Positions 1-7,420 of a stretch of 33,815 nucleotides of DNA are shown in pieces. The notes under the pieces were generated by a model, which was given only the letters and a program-made list of their open reading frames with translations, had not been told where the DNA came from and did no database searches. The translations under genes and the position numbers were made by a program. Origin of the DNA: Clostridia bacterium (GTDB lineage Bacteria; Bacillota; Clostridia; Christensenellales; UBA1242); contig JAZNEY010000031.1 in assembly GCA_045588795.1 (NCBI GenBank), positions 1 to 33,815 of the forward strand. Reading direction: 5' to 3'. Position 1 is the first letter of the stretch. Each line of letters starts with the position of its first letter.

Positions 1-2
1 GA

Positions 3-374
3 AAGGGTGACCCACCATGGGGTTTATTGGCATTTTTTATTGGAGGTTCGTTGATTATCACAGCTGCTTCAATAGGACTTTTTGAAAAAGCATGGGAAAA
101 ACGCAGAATTCCAAATACTGATTATTGTGTGGTTGAAACAACGGAAGATATGTATGTTATTGTAACAAAAAATGGAAGAAGAGAATTACACATTGCAGAT
201 ATAGATAAACTGTGTAAAAAAACAGAAATAGCACGAACTGAAGAAACAGACCTTACAAGAAAATTATATTCTTGTGGCGAAGTTGTAATTTCAAATGAAA
301 AAGTAGAGATTTTTGCAGAGAAACCAAGCGAAGATTATTATGATCACGAATGTGAAGATTGTTTTGAAAATTAA
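3..374 (+). CDS. Hypothetical membrane-anchored protein with C-terminal HxCxxC motif; probably 5'-truncated by the window edge; paralog of 402..791
   Basis: Frame is open from position 3 (KGDPPWGLLAFFIGG...), so the TTG at 27 is probably not the start. N-terminal hydrophobic helix; C-terminus YDHECEDCFEN; aligns along its length with the next ORF. Confidence 0.8.
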   Translation, partial: KGDPPWGLLAFFIGGSLIITAASIGLFEKAWEKRRIPNTDYCVVETTEDMYVIVTKNGRRELHIADIDKLCKKTEIARTEETDLTRKLYSCGEVVISNEKVEIFAEKPSEDYYDHECEDCFEN

Positions 375-401
375 TAAAATTAAAATAGGGGGAAAAATAA
401 A

Positions 402-791
402 ATGGATAAAAAAGTTTTTGGTTTAATATGGTGGGGAGGAATACTTGCGCTTACTGGCGTGTCACTTGCTGCACTTTTAACCTTTGAGTCGCAATTCCAC
501 GAATCAAATAGAATTGAAGGAACAGATTTGTATGTCTCAACTACCACAAGTGATGTTTATGTGGTGGTTGAAAGAGATGGGAAAAAAGAACTTCACAAAG
601 GCGACATTGAACAATTGAAAACATTAGATAACATTGGTGTTCATAGTTATTTTAATGCGACAGACCTTACAAGAAAGGTGTTCTATTGTGGTGAAACAAC
701 AATTTCAAATGAAAAATATGATATGTATCAAATTCGCCCAGATGAAAGTTGCTATGACCACGAATGTGAAGAATGTTTTGAAAATAATTAA
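402..791 (+). CDS. Hypothetical membrane-anchored protein with C-terminal HxCxxC motif; paralog of the upstream gene
   Basis: GGGGG RBS upstream; N-terminal TM segment; shares ELH, TDLTRK, CGE..ISNEK and YDHECE.CFEN with the upstream ORF. Confidence 0.85.
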   Translation: MDKKVFGLIWWGGILALTGVSLAALLTFESQFHESNRIEGTDLYVSTTTSDVYVVVERDGKKELHKGDIEQLKTLDNIGVHSYFNATDLTRKVFYCGETTISNEKYDMYQIRPDESCYDHECEECFENN

Positions 792-802
792 TTGATAACA
801 GT

Positions 803-850
803 AAAGCCAGAACGCTGGAATTGTTAATGCCAATCAGAGTTCTGGCTTTT
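803..850 (+). terminator. Probable intrinsic terminator after the paralog pair
   Basis: AAAGCCAGAAC...GTTCTGGCTTT inverted repeat with a long loop, followed by T-rich sequence. Confidence 0.6.
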
Positions 851-939
851 GTTTGGGTTTGGTTTTTAGAGGTGCTGGTGTATTGATAAACTTTATGCGG
901 GTGAAGAAAAAGTGCAGTTGCTGTCTAATAATTGCAATC

Positions 940-968
940 AAAAAGCGGGAACAGTTTTGTTCCCGCTT
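940..968 (-). terminator. Intrinsic terminator for the minus-strand Xre/small-ORF unit
   Basis: AAGCGGGAACA-gttt-TGTTCCCGCTT perfect 11-bp stem; the A-run on the left gives a U-tract on the minus strand. Confidence 0.8.
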
Positions 969-979
969 ACATTTTGTTG

Positions 980-1078
980 TTAATTTTCAAGCCCTGCTTT
1001 TTTATAAGCATCTTTTGTCTTTTCTTTTAGTTTTTGGTAGTTATCTTCAATCAGCTTTGATAATTCTTCTTTCTTCAT
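980..1078 (-). CDS. Small 32-aa protein MKKEELSKLIEDNYQKLKEKTKDAYKKAGLEN (not in ORF track)
   Basis: Manual translation. AAGGAG RBS 8 nt before the ATG, just downstream of the Xre gene stop, and followed immediately by a terminator. Confidence 0.65.
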   Translation of the reverse strand: MKKEELSKLIEDNYQKLKEKTKDAYKKAGLEN

Positions 1079-1102
1079 AATTTGCTCTCCTTAAAACTTG
1101 TT

Positions 1103-1777
1103 TTAGAAACATTTATTGCTTTTGTTTTTAATTTTCACAATTTCAAGTTTGCTTGCAAAGTCTTTTGCATTTTCAATTGATTTTCCACATTTTGCTATGG
1201 ACTTGGTGGCTTTTTTAGTTGCTGTGGCAAATGTTTCATCAATGGTTTTTTGTGAATCTGAAACAGCCAATTCCTCTGTGTGGAATTTTTGCATTAAAGA
1301 AAAGCGTACCGCTTGCTCAATATCTTCAATAAACTGTGCATCTAAAAATAATTTTGAAGGTATTGAGTTGAATTCCATCGGATTCTCATAAATTTTTTGA
1401 AGCCAATCAGACTTCTCTTTTTCAATTGCCGATTTTTGTTTTTTTACTCTCTTTTGTAAAAATCTGAATACTTCACTTGCAGAAAGTGGTATTCCAAGTG
1501 TTGAGTGAAGTCCGGCGTTCCATGCCGAATTGAAAACATTTTGTTGAGAAAGAACATCAAGATTTAAAGTCTTGATTTCTTTTAGTTCTAAGTAGTTAAC
1601 AAAAATAGCCTCTAGAATTTTGTACGTGCAAGGTCTTATATCGCATTCAATAGAGTTTAAATAGGTTGGAGAAATTCCAAGTGTTTCTGCCATATCTGCA
1701 ATTGACTCATTACAGCGGGCAAGCCTAACGCAAGAAAGAATTTTCCCAAGGTCGTTCTTTTCATAATTTTTTTGCAT
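1103..1777 (-). CDS. Xre/Cro-family HTH transcriptional regulator with a long C-terminal extension
   Basis: LGKILSCVRLARCNESIADMAETLGISPTYLNSIECDIRP fits the HTH_3 pattern. The ATG at 1777 has a GGGGGA RBS; the track start is 1798. Confidence 0.75.
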   Translation of the reverse strand: MQKNYEKNDLGKILSCVRLARCNESIADMAETLGISPTYLNSIECDIRPCTYKILEAIFVNYLELKEIKTLNLDVLSQQNVFNSAWNAGLHSTLGIPLSASEVFRFLQKRVKKQKSAIEKEKSDWLQKIYENPMEFNSIPSKLFLDAQFIEDIEQAVRFSLMQKFHTEELAVSDSQKTIDETFATATKKATKSIAKCGKSIENAKDFASKLEIVKIKNKSNKCF

Positions 1778-1818
1778 AATTTTATCCCCCGATAACATTA
1801 CAATTCACTATTGTCTTG

Positions 1819-1847
1819 ATATTAACACAAAAAGTGCATATTGTCAA
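1819..1847 (-). promoter_or_regulatory. Sigma-A-type promoter for the Xre gene
   Basis: Minus strand TTGACA-17 nt-TAATAT with an upstream TG. Confidence 0.55.
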
Positions 1848-1949
1848 TATAGAAAATAAAATTTATTTTTAGAAAAATTTTTGAAATAAGCATTGTTTTA
1901 ATATTTTTAAAATGTTTTAAAGTTTTTTTGTAAATTATTGTTTTTTTAC

Positions 1950-1981
1950 TTGACAAATTTTCAAAAAAGGGGGGGTATAAT
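1950..1981 (+). promoter_or_regulatory. Consensus promoter with a 20-nt spacer containing A6/G7 tracts
   Basis: TTGACA (1950-1955), 20-nt spacer, TATAAT (1976-1981). Confidence 0.55.
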
Positions 1982-2012
1982 CACTTTAATTATTACAGGA
2001 GGAGCATAATAT

Positions 2013-2375
2013 ATGTCCAAAAGAAGAAAATACAATCTTATACAAATCGGAGCAGTGGCTTTGTGCCTTGTTTTTCTTGCTCTTACAATGAGTGCAGGAA
2101 GCAATGAAACACTAGAGTGTATTTATGGTGGAGTGGCACTAGCATGTCTTATTGCAATAAAGGTTTGTGCTTCAAAAAAGAAAAATCTTTGCAAAGTTTG
2201 TGGCGAAGAGTACGGTGTTCCAGTTGAAGAATCGTGTGTTGGTTCGGATATGATTATTCAAGAGGGATTTTTAGGCACAGCCACAGCAACAGAAGTTTCA
2301 AGAAGATATGATGTTGTTTACGAATGTCCAAATTGCAAATCAAGATGGCCAAAAAGAGAGAAAAGAAGAGCCTAG
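2013..2375 (+). CDS. Small membrane protein with two TM helices and a C-terminal zinc ribbon
   Basis: AGGAGG RBS; two hydrophobic segments; CKVC...CPNC pair. Confidence 0.8.
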   Translation: MSKRRKYNLIQIGAVALCLVFLALTMSAGSNETLECIYGGVALACLIAIKVCASKKKNLCKVCGEEYGVPVEESCVGSDMIIQEGFLGTATATEVSRRYDVVYECPNCKSRWPKREKRRA

Positions 2376-2419
2376 ATTTGTGAGTAAATTTTGAAAACAC
2401 AAAATTTATAAAACGAAAG

Positions 2420-2448
2420 AATACAGGAGACATCTCCTGTATTTTTTT
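2420..2448 (+). terminator. Intrinsic terminator
   Basis: AATACAGGAG-acat-CTCCTGTATT followed by a T-run. Confidence 0.85.
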
Positions 2449-2490
2449 GTATCAAAAATTTAAAGTAGTACAAGTTAAATTGTTTATAGT

Positions 2491-2561
2491 TTTCATTCTT
2501 CACTTTTCACCTCAAAACAAATACGAACCTAGTGAAGAGTTAAGAACGAAGAGTTAAAAGT
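2491..2561. repeat. Two inverted arrays of degenerate 7-nt repeats
   Basis: TTTCATT-CTTCACT-TTTCACC facing AGTGAAG-AGTTAAG-AACGAAG-AGTTAAA; CTTCACT and AGTGAAG are reverse complements. Confidence 0.55.
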
Positions 2562-2566
2562 ACCAA

Positions 2567-2629
2567 ACAAAAAATCCGCCCCAAATAAATGAGCAAACTT
2601 GCTCCCAATTGGTTCGGATTTGTTTTTGT
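2567..2629 (-). terminator. Nested hairpin directly 3' of the tRNA (probable terminator)
   Basis: Outer AAATCCG/CGGATTT arms, inner GAGCAA-ac-TTGCTC; the A-run gives a U-tract on the minus strand. Confidence 0.55.
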
Positions 2630-2630
2630 A

Positions 2631-2707
2631 TGGTGCGACCGGAGGGAGTCGAACCCCCGACCTTTCGGTTCGTAGCCGAACGCTCTATCCAACTGAGCTA
2701 CGGACGC
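2631..2707 (-). tRNA. tRNA-Arg (anticodon ACG), CCA encoded
   Basis: Reverse complement GCGTCCGTAGCTCAGTTGGATAGAGCGTTCGGCTACGAACCGAAAGGTCGGGGGTTCGACTCCCTCCGGTCGCACCA (77 nt): D-arm, TTCGG/CCGAA anticodon stem with a CTACGAA loop, GTTCGA T-loop. Confidence 0.98.
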
Positions 2708-2726
2708 AAATCACATAACGCAATAT

Positions 2727-2755
2727 ATGATATACTATTTTTACAAGTTTGTCAA
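2727..2755 (-). promoter_or_regulatory. Promoter for the tRNA
   Basis: Minus strand TTGACA-17 nt-TATCAT. Confidence 0.6.
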
Positions 2756-2862
2756 GTTTTAGTGAATAAAATATTCTTTTAAAATATTGAAATCTCAGCC
2801 TTTAAGATTTTGACAAAATGGTAAATATTATGTTACCATTGGTGCAAGTAGAGGAGTGAAAA

Positions 2863-5496
2863 ATGCAAAAGTTTTACAACAAAAATATTGAAGAAATTTA
2901 TTCTATTCTAAATTCAAGCGAATGTGGTCTTTCAAAAGAAGAGGCAAGCGAAAGGTTGCACGAGAATGGTGAGAATACTCTAAAAGAGAAAAATCGGAAA
3001 GGTGCTTTAAAAATATTTTTAAGCCAATTCAATAATATGATGATTATTCTGCTATTATTAGTTGGTATTGTATCGCTTGTATACTCAATTGTGAATAACG
3101 AAAGCATAATTGAGTCAATTGTAATTTTTGGCTGTGTTCTTGTAAATGCTTTTATGGGCTTTTTCCAAGAGATGAAAAGCGAAAATGCAATTGAATCTCT
3201 CAAAACAATGACAGAGTCCAAAGCAGTTGTGAAAAGAGCGGGGGAGTTTGAAGAAATCTCAGCCAACGAATTGGTGGTAGGTGATATTATTCTACTCGAG
3301 GCAGGAGACACAGTACCGGCAGATGCAAGAATAATTACTTCTTCATTTGCAAAAGTTGATGAGTCAGTTTTAACTGGTGAAAGTATTGCAGTTGACAAAA
3401 CAGATGAAGTTATTGTTGGCGACAATAAAATTATTCAGGACCAATTAAATATTGTTTTTTCTGGAACGAGTGTGGTAAATGGCAGGATTGAGGCTATTGT
3501 TATCAGAACTGGAATGGATACAGAGCTTGGAAAGATTGCTGGCAAACTTGATACAAAGGAAGAAGAGTTGACTCCACTTCAAAAGAAAGTTGAAAGGGTG
3601 AGTGGGTTTATTACGGTTGTTGCCTGTGTTTTAATTGCTATAACGCTATGTTATGGTTTAATTAAAAGACTTGATGCACTTTCAATTATTATGCTTTGTA
3701 TTTCTATGGTGCTTGCATCTGTTCCTGAGGTTTTGCCTGTCTCAATCACTGCGACGCTGACTATTGGTGTTCAAGAAATGGCAAAAAAGAAAACTATTGT
3801 AAAGCAAATGTCTGCCATTGAAACGCTTGGAGCAACACAAATAATTTGTTCAGATAAGACGGGCACTATCACAACAAATGAAATGACTCTAGTTGAGATT
3901 TTTGCAAACGATAAGAAATATCTGAATGTTAAGCAACAGCACGCAGAACTTGATATGTTCAACAAGATTTTGGGGCTTTGCAATGACACTGAGGTCAACG
4001 GTAAAAGTGCAGGCGAATTTCTCGGGGACCCCGTCGAAATTGCTTTGAGTAAATATCTTGCAAATTTACATATTGGACTTGAAACACTAAGAGAAGAGAA
4101 TAAGAGGATTGCAGAAATTCCTTTTGATTCGACAAGAAAAATGATGAGCACAATCAATAGCGTTGGAGGCCGGCACTTAATGCTCACAAAGGGGAGTTTG
4201 GGCGAGATTATAAAGAAATGTAATGGCTACTATAAAAATGGTAAAGTACAAAAACTCACTAAAATAGAGATAGCAAAATTTTTAGCAAAAGAAAAGGCTA
4301 TGAGCAAAAAGGCATATAAAGTTTTGGCTTTTGCATATAAGAAAGTTGAGCAAAATAAAGAAGAGTTTGATGTAAGTGATGAAAATAATTTGATTTTGGT
4401 TGGTATTGCTGGTATGGTTGACCCTCCAAAAGATGGAGTCAAAGAGGCTGTAAAAAAATGCAAAGAAGCCAAGATGAAGCCAATTATGATAACGGGAGAT
4501 AGCCTAGCAACTGCTATGGCGGTTGCAATTGAGGTTGGTATTGCAAAGAAAGAGGCTGAAGGGGTTGAGGGCAAAGAAATTGATGGATTAACTGATGATG
4601 AGCTTAGAAGTTTTGTAAAAAAATATACAGTATTTGCAAGGGTTACCCCAGACCACAAAGTAAGAATTGTTCGAGCATTTCAGCAAAGTGGAAAAGTTGT
4701 TGCAATGACTGGAGATGGAGTGAATGATGCTCCGGCATTAAAACTTGCACACGTTGGTGTTGGAATGGGGAAATCTGGAACAGATGTTACAAAAAGTGTC
4801 TCTGATATAATCCTGATGGACGATAGCTTTTCGACAATTGTAACAGCGGTTGAAGAGGGGCGAAGAATTTACAACAATGTGATAAAAACAATACTTTATA
4901 ACCTATCAAGTAACTTTGCGGAAATATTTTTGATATTGTTTGGAATGATAATAAGACAAAATATAATTTTACCACTCCACATTTTGTATATTGATATTAT
5001 TGCAGACACTTTGCCATCAATAGCAATAGCGTTTGAAAAAGACAATAAGGGCAGTATGAAGCAAAAACCAAACGGGCTAAATAAAAAAGTTTTTACACCG
5101 TTTATTGTAAGTGGAATAATAACATCTGCAGTCATTGAGGTTTGTATTTCCCTTGCTGTATTCTTTGTAACAAAGGGAATGTTTGGACTGGAAGTTGCTC
5201 AAACACTTTCGCTTTTGTCAATAGTCTTTAATGAGTTCGTATTTACATACAATTGTAAAGATTTGAAAGGATCAAGTATTAAAAAGGGCTTGTTTGACAA
5301 TAAATTCTTAAATGTAACCACAATAGCATTATTGCTTGTTCAGGTTGCTGTATTTTTCACTCCAATTGGGTTATTGTTTGGACTTTCGACAATAACAGCG
5401 ACTCAATTTTTAGCAATACTTGGTGTTAACATTTTAGGCTTTTTCATAATTGAATTTACAAAGCCAATACTTGTAACTTACTTTAAAGACAAATAA
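2863..5496 (+). CDS. Cation-transporting P-type ATPase (P2A/Ca2+-ATPase-like)
   Basis: TGES actuator motif, ICSDKTGT phosphorylation site, PFDSTRKMMS, MITGD, FARVTP, MTGDGVNDAPAL; about 10 TM segments; GAGGAG RBS. Confidence 0.96.
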   Translation: MQKFYNKNIEEIYSILNSSECGLSKEEASERLHENGENTLKEKNRKGALKIFLSQFNNMMIILLLLVGIVSLVYSIVNNESIIESIVIFGCVLVNAFMGFFQEMKSENAIESLKTMTESKAVVKRAGEFEEISANELVVGDIILLEAGDTVPADARIITSSFAKVDESVLTGESIAVDKTDEVIVGDNKIIQDQLNIVFSGTSVVNGRIEAIVIRTGMDTELGKIAGKLDTKEEELTPLQKKVERVSGFITVVACVLIAITLCYGLIKRLDALSIIMLCISMVLASVPEVLPVSITATLTIGVQEMAKKKTIVKQMSAIETLGATQIICSDKTGTITTNEMTLVEIFANDKKYLNVKQQHAELDMFNKILGLCNDTEVNGKSAGEFLGDPVEIALSKYLANLHIGLETLREENKRIAEIPFDSTRKMMSTINSVGGRHLMLTKGSLGEIIKKCNGYYKNGKVQKLTKIEIAKFLAKEKAMSKKAYKVLAFAYKKVEQNKEEFDVSDENNLILVGIAGMVDPPKDGVKEAVKKCKEAKMKPIMITGDSLATAMAVAIEVGIAKKEAEGVEGKEIDGLTDDELRSFVKKYTVFARVTPDHKVRIVRAFQQSGKVVAMTGDGVNDAPALKLAHVGVGMGKSGTDVTKSVSDIILMDDSFSTIVTAVEEGRRIYNNVIKTILYNLSSNFAEIFLILFGMIIRQNIILPLHILYIDIIADTLPSIAIAFEKDNKGSMKQKPNGLNKKVFTPFIVSGIITSAVIEVCISLAVFFVTKGMFGLEVAQTLSLLSIVFNEFVFTYNCKDLKGSSIKKGLFDNKFLNVTTIALLLVQVAVFFTPIGLLFGLSTITATQFLAILGVNILGFFIIEFTKPILVTYFKDK

Positions 5497-5501
5497 GGTT
5501 T

Positions 5502-5525
5502 TAAGCCACCAGTTTTGGTGGCTTA
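5502..5525 (+). terminator. Probable terminator
   Basis: TAAGCCACCA...TGGTGGCTTA inverted repeat right after the stop codon. Confidence 0.65.
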
Positions 5526-5622
5526 TTTAACAGAAAAAATTTTAATGCATAAAATATTTATATAGTCTTGACACGGAGTGTAAAAGTTTGTAAAATCAAT
5601 TGTATAAGGGGAGGGATAGAAA

Positions 5623-7302
5623 ATGAAAAAGATATTTATACCAGTTATTGCTTGCTTGCTTTCATTGACTTTAATATTATCAGGCTGTGGCACAAACAAT
5701 GGTATGCATTCAAAACTTGCAAGTACATCAGACTTGAAATTTTCAGGATATACTGATTTGACAGTAATTCTTGATGGGGCAACAATCGATAAGGACAGTT
5801 TGACAACGAATGGCAGTGTTGTTGTAAGCAAAGAAATTGATGGTGTTGTTTGCTATGGAGTATTCAATGTTTTAGAGGGCGTTTTTAAACTTGGACTTGA
5901 AAAAGTTGTTTCAATTGAGCCAATTGCAACAACAAGCATTGGAGATTCTTTTATCGTTAAATATGAAAAAGATGGAAAGACTCTTTGCAAAGTTGTAAGA
6001 GATAACGGAATAGTAATATATGATGGGTTGGATTCGGCGGAATTTGTTGGAAGCCAGAAATTAAAGAAAGAGTATTACGAGGCTTGGAAATATACACTCA
6101 ATGGTTTTGAAAATTTTGAAGTTTTAAAAATCAAAAATGGCGAAACAACTGTAAACTATACAACAGGAAATGGCATTGGAAAACAACTTATAACAGAGGA
6201 ATATGCTTGGGGCGGGCAGTTTTCAAAAGACCTTGTTGGCTACGTTGTAAAAATGCAATTGTTGCCAAGCGGAAACCAAAAATATGTTGTTCTTGATAAG
6301 AAAGAAAAGGTTGTTTCTACTTATGAAATTAATGTAAACAACATTAATGATATTGTAACGATTGGAAAATCAATGATTGTTCAATATTTGCACCCAGTTG
6401 ATGCTTACTCTAACAATTTTGATGTAGTGATTGATGGTGCAAAGTATAACGTTGAAACAATGTGTGTTGACCTAAAAACAGGCAAGGAAAAGACTTTAAG
6501 CGGATTCAAATATTTACTCGGCTCAGCTTCAACTCAAAAAATTAACGATACAACAACTAAACTTGGCGTTAAAAAGATTGAAAACAAGATGCCATCATAT
6601 GACACCTACATTTATATGACAGAGACAGGCAAGGCAACAGAGACTGCGTTCTACTATGCAAAGATGGTTCCAATCAAAGAGAATCTTATCCTTGCAGAAA
6701 CAGATGATAGTGTGGCGAAAATTTTACACTTAATTGATAGCAACGAAAACATTGTTGTTGACCTATCTTCGTTTGGAAAAGATTATGATTATGTTGCACA
6801 CAGCGACAAATTCATTATCCTAAAAGATGATGAAAGTGGCAAATATGGAATGATTGACACAGCCGGAAATATGATTACTAACTTCTTATATGATGGAAGT
6901 GAGGGTGTTGTAAATGATGTTTGGCTTGCCTATAAAAATGAGTTTAATGCGACAGAGGAAACAACAACAAAAACTTACTATACCGTTGACCTAAACGGAG
7001 CAGAGGCAAAGCAAGTTGAGACAATTTTAAATAAAGAAAGCATTGTTACATCAAACACTTTTAAAGAAAGAGGAATTGATTCAATTACTTGTAAAAATGG
7101 TGCTATTGCAGAAATTAAAGAGGCGGGTACAGAAGCCAATAAATACACATATTCACTTTATCTTTACAGCGACCTTGCAACATCTGTAAAACAATTCACA
7201 AATGTTGATGAAGTTACAATCGAAACAATCAATGTTGGTGGCAGTTTTACAAAGGCAATTTTAATTATCGCAAGTGATGGAAGTGTTGGCATAATTAGAT
7301 AA
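5623..7302 (+). CDS. Lipoprotein with a beta-rich extracellular domain and a WG-repeat-like segment
   Basis: Signal peptide MKKIFIPVIACLLSLTLILSGC with an LSGC lipobox; GKYGMIDTAGNMITNFLYD resembles a WG/KWG repeat; GGGAGG RBS. Confidence 0.8.
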   Translation: MKKIFIPVIACLLSLTLILSGCGTNNGMHSKLASTSDLKFSGYTDLTVILDGATIDKDSLTTNGSVVVSKEIDGVVCYGVFNVLEGVFKLGLEKVVSIEPIATTSIGDSFIVKYEKDGKTLCKVVRDNGIVIYDGLDSAEFVGSQKLKKEYYEAWKYTLNGFENFEVLKIKNGETTVNYTTGNGIGKQLITEEYAWGGQFSKDLVGYVVKMQLLPSGNQKYVVLDKKEKVVSTYEINVNNINDIVTIGKSMIVQYLHPVDAYSNNFDVVIDGAKYNVETMCVDLKTGKEKTLSGFKYLLGSASTQKINDTTTKLGVKKIENKMPSYDTYIYMTETGKATETAFYYAKMVPIKENLILAETDDSVAKILHLIDSNENIVVDLSSFGKDYDYVAHSDKFIILKDDESGKYGMIDTAGNMITNFLYDGSEGVVNDVWLAYKNEFNATEETTTKTYYTVDLNGAEAKQVETILNKESIVTSNTFKERGIDSITCKNGAIAEIKEAGTEANKYTYSLYLYSDLATSVKQFTNVDEVTIETINVGGSFTKAILIIASDGSVGIIR

Positions 7303-7310
7303 CGGCAAAT

Positions 7311-7345
7311 AAAATCTCTAACAAAATATTGTTGGAGATTTTTTT
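7311..7345 (+). terminator. Intrinsic terminator
   Basis: AAAATCTCTAACAA...TTGTTGGAGATTTT stem followed by a T-run. Confidence 0.8.
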
Positions 7346-7420
7346 ATTGCAATTAATTTTTGTTTGACGCGAGCAAATATAATTTGATAAATTAAAGATA
7401 ATAAACAAAAGGAGAATTAT

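Noticed and set aside
853-1080. 75-aa plus-strand ORF from the track
   Set aside because: No RBS; it runs through a terminator hairpin and is antisense to the better-supported 32-aa ORF.
2631-2707. Prophage or ICE integrated at tRNA-Arg
   Set aside because: No integrase, phage or conjugation genes, and no duplicated att sequence in the window.
2898-5135. Several long minus-strand ORFs inside the P-type ATPase
   Set aside because: Antisense shadows of a conserved gene; no RBS or motifs. The same applies to the shadows in the ABC, PMM, giant and mTERF-like genes.
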